A stretch of DNA of 64,000 bases, taken from NCBI RefSeq assembly GCF_009914755.1, contig NC_060942.1. The stretch is one strand, 5' to 3'. Position 1 is the first letter of the stretch; each line of letters starts with the position of its first letter. The notes beneath the pieces were generated by a model. It did not search any database, was not told where the DNA came from, and saw nothing but the letters and a program-made list of their open reading frames with translations. Position numbers and translations under genes: made by a program. Source of the DNA: the human T2T-CHM13v2.0 reference genome, Homo sapiens. Shown here in pieces: positions 42,920 through 54,700 of the stretch.

Positions 42920-45600
42920 GTGATGGATCTTTGGTCCATGTCGCAGTGCTGGGGTTGTACCTGCATAATGCTACTTTTTAAATCTAATGATTTGTCTTTG
43001 TTTTGGAAGGGATGATCTAACATGCTCTAGTCAGCTTGGTCCCTACAAACTCTTCATTAATATAAGGGATTCCTAAATCTTCATAGGGCTTTTCTTCTTT
43101 GGAGCTCATATCTCTTACCGAGATACTACAAAGCACTTGTCATTTTTTACAAATCAAGTCCAATTAGCATAATGTCATTGATATTGTGGACCAATATGGT
43201 GTTTAGTGAAATGTCCAAGTCCCTTTGGACCATCTTATGACAGCGGCTGTGAGGGCAGTTAACAGAGAGTTAACTCCGTTAATGAAGCCCTGTGGGAAGA
43301 CCATAATAGTGTATTGTTAACCATCCCATATGAATGTGAACTGCTTTCTGATTCTTCTTTCAGATGGAAAAGGAAACAAAAAGTTAGCCAACTACATAGT
43401 TATGGCTATGATGATGAAACTTGTCTTAGTCTGTTTTGTGCTAGACAAAATACCATAGATTAGGTAATTTATAAAGAATACAAATTTATTTTCTTACAGT
43501 ACTGGAGGCTCAGAAGTCCAAAGTCAAGGTGCTGTCAGGTTCAGTTGTCTGATAAAGGCGGTTCTCTACTTCCAAGGTGGTGCCTTATTGCTGCATCCTC
43601 TGGAGGGAGGAATGCTGTGTCCTCACAATGCAGACAGGCAAACTGGCCAAACACTGTGCCTCTTTTATTAGTGCCCTGATCCTATTCATGAAGGAGGAGC
43701 CCTCATGGCCTAATTACCACTTAAAGTCTCCACCTCTTAATATAATATCTGAATTTTGGAGGAGACACATTCAAACCATTTGTTCTAGTAAAGATACCAC
43801 ATTGGCATAGCAGCTGCCATTGAGACTTCTCTTTGGTTAAGGCTGTGACAGTTTTGGTGCTAAAGCAGGCCCACACTAACCTGTAAGAGCCAAGTGTTCA
43901 ATTTTTAGGAGCCTTGTGAGCTGGTTGTTAAACCTATAGTGGGAACATTATACTCTGGAAATTGGCAAATGCTATATAGCGATCGTCCCTTGACCCCTGG
44001 AGAGGCCGTTGTGAAATGTTTACCAGCACGTCATTGGTGGTAGTCTACTGTCATTTATCATGTATCATGATTCTGCTCCATGTGCTTTTCCCTTTGCTGA
44101 TTTTGCTTTGTTTTGCTGCAATAAATCACAGCTGTGAGTGTGACTGTATTCTGAGTCTTGTGAGTCCTCCTAGTGAATAATCAATAGAGTTTTTTTTAGG
44201 GGCTAGAGTGGTGAATAAAATGAGGCTATCATGGCCATCACCAGTTTTGCATTCTTCAAAATTTTGAAGATGGCACTAAATTTTCCCATTTCCCCTGGGA
44301 TATGATGTTGTCTTTATTTATTGCCTTGGATAGGGGACAGTGGGGACATTTCAGTGGCTTTGTTTGGCTTTCCACACTTCAATAGCTTTTGCACCACAGA
44401 TCAAGAATTTGATGTAAGAGTTCTGTCATTTATCATGTATATCCATTTCAATTACACATTTGGGTACAGGGAAATGATCACTGGATGGATCCAGGAACCC
44501 ACTGGACCCATCGGGAGGTTGGAGCTGGGTCATCGTTAGCCTTCACCTCACCCTATTATGATGGGAAGCACAATGGAGCTTTGTGTCCCTGGATATCACA
44601 GTCAATTCAGACCCTGGGTCCAATAATTCTTGTAAGTTTTGAGCACAGTACAGGGAAATGATCACTGGCTGGATTCATGGACCCAGTGTGGCCTTAGTGA
44701 ACTGGACGTGGGTCATGACTGGTCCCCATATTTCTCTATTCAAATGGAGGGGTGTAATGGTGCTTTGGGTCCCTGGAAATCTAAGTCAACTTACACTTAG
44801 ATCCTTGTAAGTTTTGGGTGTTCCCATTTTTCCGCTGGACAGTTATCTAAGGAAATGGCTGTTGATCTCTTTGGGAAAGAACTTGGAGAATTACTACTAA
44901 ATACACTTCTGTGGTATTGCACGTTTTTTTTGTCATGGGGACCTGGCTTCTTCTTCAGCCATTCCTGAACTGAGAACTGGCTCAAGTTCAGAAGCTTGTT
45001 AAACAATCATGACTTCTTATTCAGGCAGATGTTTGCAGGCTCTTGATCATCTGTTCTAGATTTCTTTTAGTTGGATAATTCCTGCAACACCTTTGATTGT
45101 CATGAATGTATTTCTTACTCCTTTTGTAAAAGATTGTCCTTGGGGCGCTCCTCTGGCACATTTCTGGCTGGTTGGGGGCTCTCTAGACTTACCTGGTATA
45201 TCCTCTTTAGCATACCCACTTCTCTGAGCTTTAAATGCCCCTTTCAGACCATTTGTCATGTGAGTTTTGGTATTTTTAATTCATTGGGCCAAACAGATGG
45301 ATGGGCCATGATATTTTTCAAGCTTTTGAGAGCCATCCTTGCAGCGTATTAGTACTCTCTCTGGAGTATTTGCCCAGACTTGAGTATCATGGGAGAATGT
45401 TCCCACGCTGATTAATGCTCCTTTGTCTAACTTTGTGTCCTACAGCCCCACATGTCAGCATCTATTCTCACGCACACTTTCCCAACTTCTGCTGGCACAT
45501 ATTAGCCAGAGTTTACAGCTTCTTTGGTATATAGTCCCTGGCCTCTTAGCAAGCCCAGTACATCTCTGGTTAGGGTGTGCTGAAACTTAACCTTGCTATT
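42920..45600 (-). mobile_element. Degenerate ERVL internal region (gag/pro/RT remnants)
   Basis: Manual minus-strand translation gives KQFTFIWDG*QYTIMVFPQGFIN (~43280-43350), LVHNINDIMLIG (YIDD-like, ~43160-43195), MTVDY (~44040-44055) and LLDPGSELTVI (protease-like, ~44595-44625). Confidence 0.8.
43422..43780 (-). mobile_element. MST-family (MaLR) solo LTR nested in ERVL
   Basis: 'tgtcttagtctgtttt..ggtaatttataaagaa..gaagtccaaagtcaagg..gaattttggaggagacacattcaaacca'. Confidence 0.85.
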
Positions 45601-45661
45601 TTTCTGTTGCTTAAGAGGAGCTGCAGGAGTAGGGGGAGGCAAACATTATTTTTTAAGGCAT

Positions 45662-46325
45662 GGCATCAATCAGGGTCCAATCAGGAGACAGAAATCACAC
45701 CAGTAATTTGAACAGAGAAAATTTAACCTAAGAAGTATTAAGTAGTAAAATATATTTAACTACAAAAAGGCATAAAAGAGGGGTCTAAGGAAGATAAAAA
45801 TAGCACACGTGGAAAGCAGCTACCACTGCCAGAGCTGAGGGAGAGACCAGGAACTTAGAAAAGATATCTTCTCCATCTTCCTCCATTGAGGCTGAGGTCC
45901 AAACTCCCTTGGAGAGGGTGTGGTTGCCATGGGAACACACAGTGTGTTGGTGAAGAAGAAACTTCGTAGAAGGCACAGATGGAGCTGGTCTGCAGGAAAC
46001 AGCCCACTGGGTGGTGGAGAAAATTGCTGGAGGGTGCAGGGAGGCTGGAATTGGTCCACAAGAGCTGGTAAGGTGAGCATTACCAGGCCTCCTGCATGCT
46101 GATCTGCTGGCAGCCAGGACAAAGAAAAATGGCTCTATGGAACCAGTAAGAGAATCTCCTTCCTCTGGCTGTGACCTTGCAGTGTCACCCCAGTGCCCTT
46201 TGTTGATAAAGATATTATACCATGGGAAAAGAAAGGAATGATTACAAGCTCTAGCTCTAGGATCACAAAGCAGAGCAAAGGAGGCTGGATTGGAACTGAG
46301 GCAATAAATTGATGACTGGCACAAG
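45662..46325. mobile_element. ERVL-class LTR (LTR33/40/41-like)
   Basis: 'cagggtccaatcaggagacagaaatcacaccagtaatttgaacagagaaaattta'. Family uncertain. Confidence 0.55.
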
Positions 46326-46329
46326 CACT

Positions 46330-46835
46330 GTGATAATTTGGAAAATGCGGCACCAAAGTCCACTTGTACCTCTTTGCCACGCCCCCCATCAAGAGGTAGT
46401 CTATCTCTCTGCCTTGTTGAACCTGGGCTGATCATGTAACTTGCTTTGACTGACAGAGGAGACTGGGAAGTGATATTGTGATACTTACAAACTGATGCCT
46501 CAAAAAGCCATGCAACTTTTATTGTCTTCTTCATGGAGCCCAGTGGCCATGCTGTGAACTTTGCCATGTAGAGGGGCCACATGTAGGAAAACTTAGTGGT
46601 CCTGCATTACAGCCCACCAACCCACTGCCAGATGTGTGAGGAGATTTGTGGGGACAGTTCAATCCTAGTCAGATGACTGACTGACTGCAAGCTCAGGAGA
46701 GAATCCCACAACAGCACACAAGGCACAGACAAACCATTTCAGTTCATCCCAGCCACAAAGGCTAACCCACAGAACTGGGAGCAAATAGATGTTTGTTGTT
46801 TCAAGCCACTAAGTCCTGGGGGTGACTTGTTACAT
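46330..46835 (+). mobile_element. MLT1-family LTR
   Basis: 'ccccatcaagagg..tgtaacttgctttgac..gccatgctgtga..tgttgtttcaagccactaagt'. Confidence 0.75.
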
Positions 46836-46845
46836 AAAATTTATA

Positions 46846-47168
46846 AGGCCGAGTAGGGTGGCTCATGCTTGTAATCCCAGCTCTTTGGGAGGCCAAGGTG
46901 AGAGGATCACTTGAAGGTAGGAGTTTGAGACCAACCTGGGTAATATAGATCCCATCTCAACAACAACAAAAAAACAAATAAAAATAAAAATTAGCCAGGT
47001 GTGGTGGCAAACACCTCCCACAGTTACTCAGGAGGCTGAGGTGGGAGGACACCTCGAGCCCAGGAGTTTGGGTTACAGTAAGCTATGACTGCGCCACTGC
47101 ATTCCAGCCTGGTCAACAGAGCAAGATCCTGTCTCCAAAAAAAATAATAAAATAAAATAAAATAAAAT
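46846..47168 (+). mobile_element. Alu (J-like)
   Basis: Sense Alu dimer with an (aaaat)n tail. Confidence 0.93.
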
Positions 47169-47188
47169 TTAAAAATTATAACTGATAA

Positions 47189-47742
47189 TGTAGAAAAGAG
47201 TTAACATAGCAGGTCTGGCTGTTATTCTTTGAAAGGCCTGCTGATAAGGTTAGCCTTTGACTAGTATTTGTAACTTGGGTTTTGGGAGGGTTCCTACCAT
47301 TCCTGGAATGAGTAAGAGTGGCTCTCTGTGCCTAAATTGTCTGTGCAAACAACATGGTTTATACTAAAACAATGTGGTTTATCTCTGGGAGTCTGGAATA
47401 TTGGTACTTGCCAGGTAGAGACTGCCTACATGATCAGCCCCCAGTTAAAACTTTGGGTGCTGAGTCTCTAGTGAGCTTCTCTGATTGGCAACATTTTCCA
47501 CGTGTTGTCACAACTCATTGCTGAGAGAATTTGGTGCGTCCTGTGTGACTCCTCTGGGAGAGAGCTCTTGGAAGCTTATGCCTGGTTTCCCTGGGATTTC
47601 ACTCCATGTGCCTTTTCCCTTTGCTGATTTTGCTTTGTATCTTTTGCTGCAATAAATCACAGCTGTGAGTATGACTGTATTCTGAGACTTGTGAGTCCTT
47701 CTAGCGAATAATCAAACTTGGAGTGGTCTTGGAGACTCTACA
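47189..47742 (+). mobile_element. MER68-like ERVL solo LTR
   Basis: Starts tgtagaaaagagttaacatagcagg; ends '..aataaatcacagc..gtggtcttggagactctaca'. Confidence 0.8.
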
Positions 47743-48749
47743 CGCTAATATAGACACTTGCTTCAAAGCAAATTGCAGGGCACTATTTCTACCAAAGTGG
47801 GGTGGGCCTCTTCTGCAGACCCAGAGGCCTCAGGAGAATCTGGGAGCTGAAATTCTCAATGGCGTTACTCAGATATCCCCATTCCAAGTCTCAGGGTCCT
47901 GTGGTTTCCCTATTAGAGCTTGATCTCAGCATAGGAAACCTTCTAGGATGAGAATTCAGCTTTCTCTGAAGCTGTGCTACCTGTGAGCCTGATCATTCTC
48001 TCTGTACATCCACTGGCTACCTGAGATCAGCATTTCCTTAAATGTTGGCCAGAAGGCCCTCTGGCTTTCATAAGTTTGCTTGAATTGTTGAATGACTGTC
48101 CTGATTATAATCTCTCTTCAATCAATCAATTGTCTGGAGGAATTCCTTTTATTTTACATATCCCACATTCTTCTCAAGGGCCAGAGATATCTCACCAGTG
48201 GTTGCATCCACTTCCACCAGGGAAAATGTGAACAGTGGCAGCACTGCAGCATGCCAGGGCCTACCTCTTCTCTACCTTCCACCAGGGTGGGTCTCCATTC
48301 TCATGCAATCGGTGAGTGATCCAGCTCCAAGACCCTTATCACTTACTCCTATTACTACTACAACTTAATTGTACATGTGTAACACATTAGAGCTTAGTAT
48401 ATGATTCCACATAAAGGAACTCCTTTATTTCTGGAATTGCCTTGAAGGGAGGCATCGGAGTTGCTGTTCTCTCTGTTGTCAAGTGAGGGAATTAAGCCTC
48501 AGTGGAATGATAGCCCAAAGTCAGGATTCTACTAAGTTGCAGAGTCAAAGTCAACCTAGATTTTTGACTCCATCATTCTTTCCTACCACATCGGGCTGCT
48601 TCTCCAAAGAACTGGTGAGGAAATTTCTCGATCTGCATTTGCTTATTCAAATTCTTATGATCACCTTAGTATTGATGTGGGTGGTAGCAATCTACACCAG
48701 ATATATTTGACCTAAAAGAATCAAGGGCACAGAAGAGGGTAAGAAGCTT

Positions 48750-48900
48750 GTCAACCTTTAATGTGCAAACAAGTCACCTGGGGATCGGAAATGTTAAAAT
48801 GTAGATTCTGATTCTGGGAGTCTGTATTTCTGACAAGTCCCTCAGTCGATGCTGATGCTACTGCTCCTCAGCCTCACAGAAGAGCTGGGTTCTTAATAGC
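48750..48900. mobile_element. MER5A-like fragment
   Basis: 'tcacctggggatc..gttaaaatgtagattctgattc..tctgtatttctgacaag..gatgctgatgct'. Confidence 0.7.
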
Positions 48901-49269
48901 AAGGTTCTTGAAGAATCAAAGTAAGAAAAATTTAGGAATATTGATTTTTTATTTTCCAACTTTTCAATGTGTTAAAACGCAAAACATTTTTCTGCATTAA
49001 TTCAATCCATAAACACTCCTTAAAAACACACTAAAAAAGGGGGCAAAAATGAAGCTGCAGGATTTTTCAGATTTTAACCAGCCATAAGATAAAAATAGCA
49101 ATTTCTAAGAGCTTCATTCAGGCATTTGATTGACGAAGCTCATAAACAGTGAGTCAGTTAGGTACCCATCCTATGCCAGAATTCCCTTCCAGTTTTATAA
49201 GGACAAGGTAAAAAGACACAGCCAAATTTTGATCAATTCGTGGAGACCACACTAAATCATTCTGGGGAT

Positions 49270-50103
<834 letters not shown>

Positions 50104-51466
50104 CGGGGATCGTAGTTGTGTTGGGTTATCCAGGATCCAGCTTCAAATTATAAGAATTTTCTCAGTAGACCTCAGAGAAGTTTCTGGCTGTCTGTGATAA
50201 ACTTTGGAAACCTCTCAAAATGACACCCATTCCCAGACCTTCACCTGGTTTTTGGTTTCTGTATTGTCAAGGTCAGCCACATTGTGGCTGACCTGCAACG
50301 TGTCTCCTCTCTAAACTTGTCCTTCCTTCTTGCCAGTGCCCAGCTTTTGGCTCCTGCTCCCACCATCTCTAGCTTTTCTTCAGGGACTGGAGTAGGGCAT
50401 GGCCACATAGAGGGTCATTTCAGGGTTAAAAATTGAGGCAAACGTTACAAAAAATTAAAGTGGTGACGACCTTGGAAACTGGGATTGGCTTCTTAATCCT
50501 GGGACATCTGGTGGCCTTAGCTCAAGCTCCACAAAGCCTCCCTGTGGCTTTTCCTGGAAAAAAAGAAAAAAAAATCCAGCAGGCAATTAAATTCAATCCC
50601 CCACCCCTTCTCGTGTTCCGTACCAAACCACATTGCCAGCCTGTCATAGAGTTCTTTTCTTGACTGCCTTGTGACTCAAATGACAAAATATTTCCACTCA
50701 AAGTTTTGGGAGCTTCACCTCCCTCCTATTTTTTTTTCCTATAAATGGAACCCCAAAAGTTTGGGCTAGATATATTTTTTTCCCTTTTTTAAAATGGACT
50801 TTTTCCTTCCAGAAGCAATGATTCAGGGCAGACAATTCAACTTATTTGTCTACCCATCCATCCCTTTATTTATTTATTTGTTGTATAAGGTAATAGCTTA
50901 TGGTACTTACCCAGAGCCAGCTGTTTGCAGGATGCCGAGAGCAGGTGGTCTTGGAGGCCTCTGATGAATTGCAAAAGACACTCACCAGCTGCCGACACTG
51001 TGTGTAATGAGCAAACCTGCAAAAATCTTTATTTTCAATTGGATTGTACCTTTAAGTAAGCAAGGGAGACAGCCAGTATAACTACAGACCATGACCAACA
51101 ACCCACATAAACAGTGTGCAAACACAAGTGATTAATGTACCACTATTTCAAAACATCTAAAGCTAATGAGTCAGATTTACTAGGGTGCACAAGAGAGGGG
51201 GAGAGGGATGTGGAGGAGGAGAGAACAACTTAATGGGCCTTAATAGCCTTTAGTTGAAGCCTAAGAATTCTCCTGCCTGTGGTCCACAGTGCCATCTGAG
51301 CTGGTAAACAAACACCCTGCTGGCCCACAAAGGCCATTTTCTTTCTGGCCATTCAGGGAGAGGGGTGTTCCAGTTTCAGGAATAGAATTAGGGGAGCAAG
51401 CTGGTGTTCACCGCACCCTCCAGTGATCTCTGATGATATGCGGGGATAATGGGTTACAAAGACAGA

Positions 51467-51732
51467 CATTAATAAGGTAAGATAAGAGGGGGGAGGTTTA
51501 TTAATTTTTCAAGTAAGTTAGGATGCCCCAGGGCATGGTAAAAGTGTAAAGAATCTGGTGAGCGATGAGGGGCTCGCCTGATTAATGCAAGTCAGCTGTC
51601 CTCTGAGGGCCATAGCAATAATGATGAGATTATGGAAGAACCTACTGAAGACAAATGAGATGCATGTGGAATAAAAACGAAGTGTCCTAGTTACTCTTTT
51701 GGAGTGCATGGTGGATTTTTATTAAGGAAGAA
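51467..51732 (+). repeat. Ancient dispersed element, copy 2 (paralog of 22593-22851)
   Basis: Aligns colinearly with copy 1. Confidence 0.85.
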
Positions 51733-54700
51733 CAGAGGTACAAATGACAGCCTGAGGAAGTGGGACTCTGCTTGTTCTGCTCAAGTGCTTTCTGCCTGGG
51801 CCTTCCAGGAATTCTGGGCCTGCCCTGGAGAAGTGCTGAAAAGGCAGTGCATCCAGCAACAAACACCTTCCACGTAGGCAGATCGGACGGAGAAGGGCTT
51901 GGTGCCTCCACCAGGCCCCCATGGCCTGTGGCTTTGCCTCCAAGCACTGCCGTGCACGGCCCTCCCCTTCCTGCTGTTGTTTCCTCCAGGATGTGCTGGG
52001 AGCTGGGCTGCCTTGTGGTTCAGACGTCCTCCATCTGTTTCTGTTCTGCCACTGCTGACCAATTAATTTGGAGCTGGAGACAAGGGAGCTTGCATTCTTT
52101 TTCTTTTCCTTCTCAGGATGCTCACTAGGTATTATGTCCTGTCTCCGTGTGGTCCTCATCTTGCTTGTGTACTTCTCTTCCCTGGCTTGCCATTCAGTCT
52201 GTATCTTCCCATGGAGGCAGAGGCAGCGTCCCCACTCAGCCCCTGCCTTTGACGTCCACGTGCAGACGGTGGCAGCAGGGACCCTTGAACTTCAACATGC
52301 AGAGTTATTTGAGGAGCTGGCTAAAAAGGCAGCTTTAGGTCTTAGCCTCCAAAGAGTTCAGCCTAGATACCAGGAATCTGCCTTTTTAGTAAGCACTTCA
52401 CAGGTGGTTCTGATACTAGTGTGCTCAGTTGACAGTTTGGGAAACACTTTGAAAGAGTATGAGATGGACCATGGGTTGCCTCTGATAGATTATTCTGAAT
52501 GTCAAAGTGCCTAAAATTTCACTGTGGGTGATTCGCCTTTTTACATCAACTCACAAGACTTAAGGAGTTCAGAGTAAGATGTCAGTCTGCCACCCCCACC
52601 TCCCACCATGCAGTGGTAACCCCTCAAATCATTTTTAGAAACGACTCCCTTAGTGTGAGTCTGTTTATCACACTAGAGCAGACAGCTTAGAGCATGATGG
52701 CCAGACTTCTATGGAAAGATTCATGGGTCAAGTTGGAAAGGAGGAGGCAAGGGAGCAGAGGACAGCCTGGAAGAGCAAGGACAGTTGGTGGGGAGGCAGG
52801 ATATAGGCAATGGGTCCCCTGGGGCCAAAAGCAGAAGTGGGGGAGATGGAGAGGAGGAGGGGGCTGGGGGACAGTGGTGAAGCCAGCAGTTCTCAACTTT
52901 TTTTTTTTTTTTTTTGGTGGCAAAGCATTTCTTTTCAAATGAAATCTAAGTGGAAATACCAGTTGATAAAGCCAATTAAATAATGTATTAATATACATTT
53001 TATTTCAAATGTATAACAATTATCTTTATAATGATAAATTATATAGATGAAGCTGTTGGAATGAACACAAAAATTAGAAATTGGTGGCTACAGATAACAG
53101 TTCAGCCTTAGATCATCTGGAATCAGCAAATTTGCTCAGATAAATGCTGTAAATGACAAGTTTGTTGGCAGCTGGCTTTGCAATTTTAGGAGATTCCCTT
53201 AGACAAAGTGAACTGGACTCTTGGATGAGGAGTAACAGGAACTTTATATTTTAAGGTTGGATCACTCACGATATTTAGTAAATGTTCAAATTCCTCTCAT
53301 TGAAAGGTCACTGCAGAAAGCAACCAGGACATTGAAACAGGAGTTTAAATAGTCTCTGACATGGTACAACCTAGCTTACTATTACACGAATGCAATTACC
53401 CTACAGGAAAAGAAAGCCCCAAGGAGAGGCAGGAACCCTTGCTGGCATTGGATCAAGCCCTTCACTCATGTGCTGTAAGATGTGCTTTTAGGCAATTTTA
53501 CTTGAACCGCCAGGCACAGGCCAGAATTTATGCAAATATCAGTGCAGCCCTACCACATTCCTAGTCAAGGAGACAGTTCTTGGACACTATAAGAACCTTT
53601 ATTCCCAGATATGTACAAAATGATTTACTTGATAGGCACAAGTTCACAATGTGCTAAAGGTTGTAAGTTTTAAAAAGATACAATTTATATTGAATTTATA
53701 TTAAAAACAGAATGCACTTCCACATGTGTTAAATTTATGTACGTACGCAGTTCATGCGTTGACATTTAAATATAATGTACATTTAATTTACCTAAAAATG
53801 TGTAATTTTCTTTTCAGGTGGGGGGTTAGAGAATAGGAGATAGGTGTCATACTTTTGAAATACATATTTAAATAATGAAATTAAAACAAAATATGTATAG
53901 AGCCCTTAGATGCTTTCTGAGGAATGCAGGATTTGGAAAATCAGAGGCTTGGGCCAAGACTGCGCCTAAGACAGACCCCATCACTAAGGATAAGGTGGGC
54001 AGCAGGGACTGGACATTAAGGAATGTCTCAGAGCATCTTTGGTAACACTAGATTTTTCTTTCATCCAGCTACTTGTGCAAGAAGCTACAATGAGAAAAAA
54101 AATAGCAAGAAATAGATGAGGGAAGGAGGTTCTGTAGAGGGAAAAACAAAGAGAGAAAAGGAGAATGAATTGTGCTGAGAAAGAGATGCCTGGATGAAGA
54201 AGCTGGCCCTAGCACCCATAAAGCTGGAAAGAAAGTGGGGCCTTGGAAACTTCTGGAAGGATGCGAGGAAAGAAAAATGCAAGGAAATGAGATGGAGAGG
54301 AGAAAGAGAAACCAGGAAGCACTTCGGAAGCATGTAAATTACAAGGAAATGAGGAACAGCCTTTATTGAAACAGTCTGTGAAGTCTGTGCTAGCGCTGAG
54401 AGCTTCATTTTACTGTCCTGGCAAGGAGGTAGGTGCTCAAAGAACTTTGTCTTGGAAGCCCACTGTGGCTCCCCCGGGCCTGGCACTTTAAGCCCCGTAC
54501 TTTTGCTCTCACTGTTCCTCTCTGCCTGCTCCCTGTGGTCTCTTCTCGGCTGTCTCCCACTTAGCCCACCTTGGCCTGGCCATCCGAGTAGAATAGACTT
54601 TCATTTTCCTTAGGTGTGCGCCGCGCATACCGACTAACCCACTTCCTGCACAGGTGTGGCCCCTCTCCAGTGCCCAGCACCTCATCGCTGTGGTAACAGA

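Noticed and set aside
45785-46582. 265-aa ORF
   Set aside because: It spans two unrelated LTR remnants and has no recognisable domain, so it is a chance open frame.
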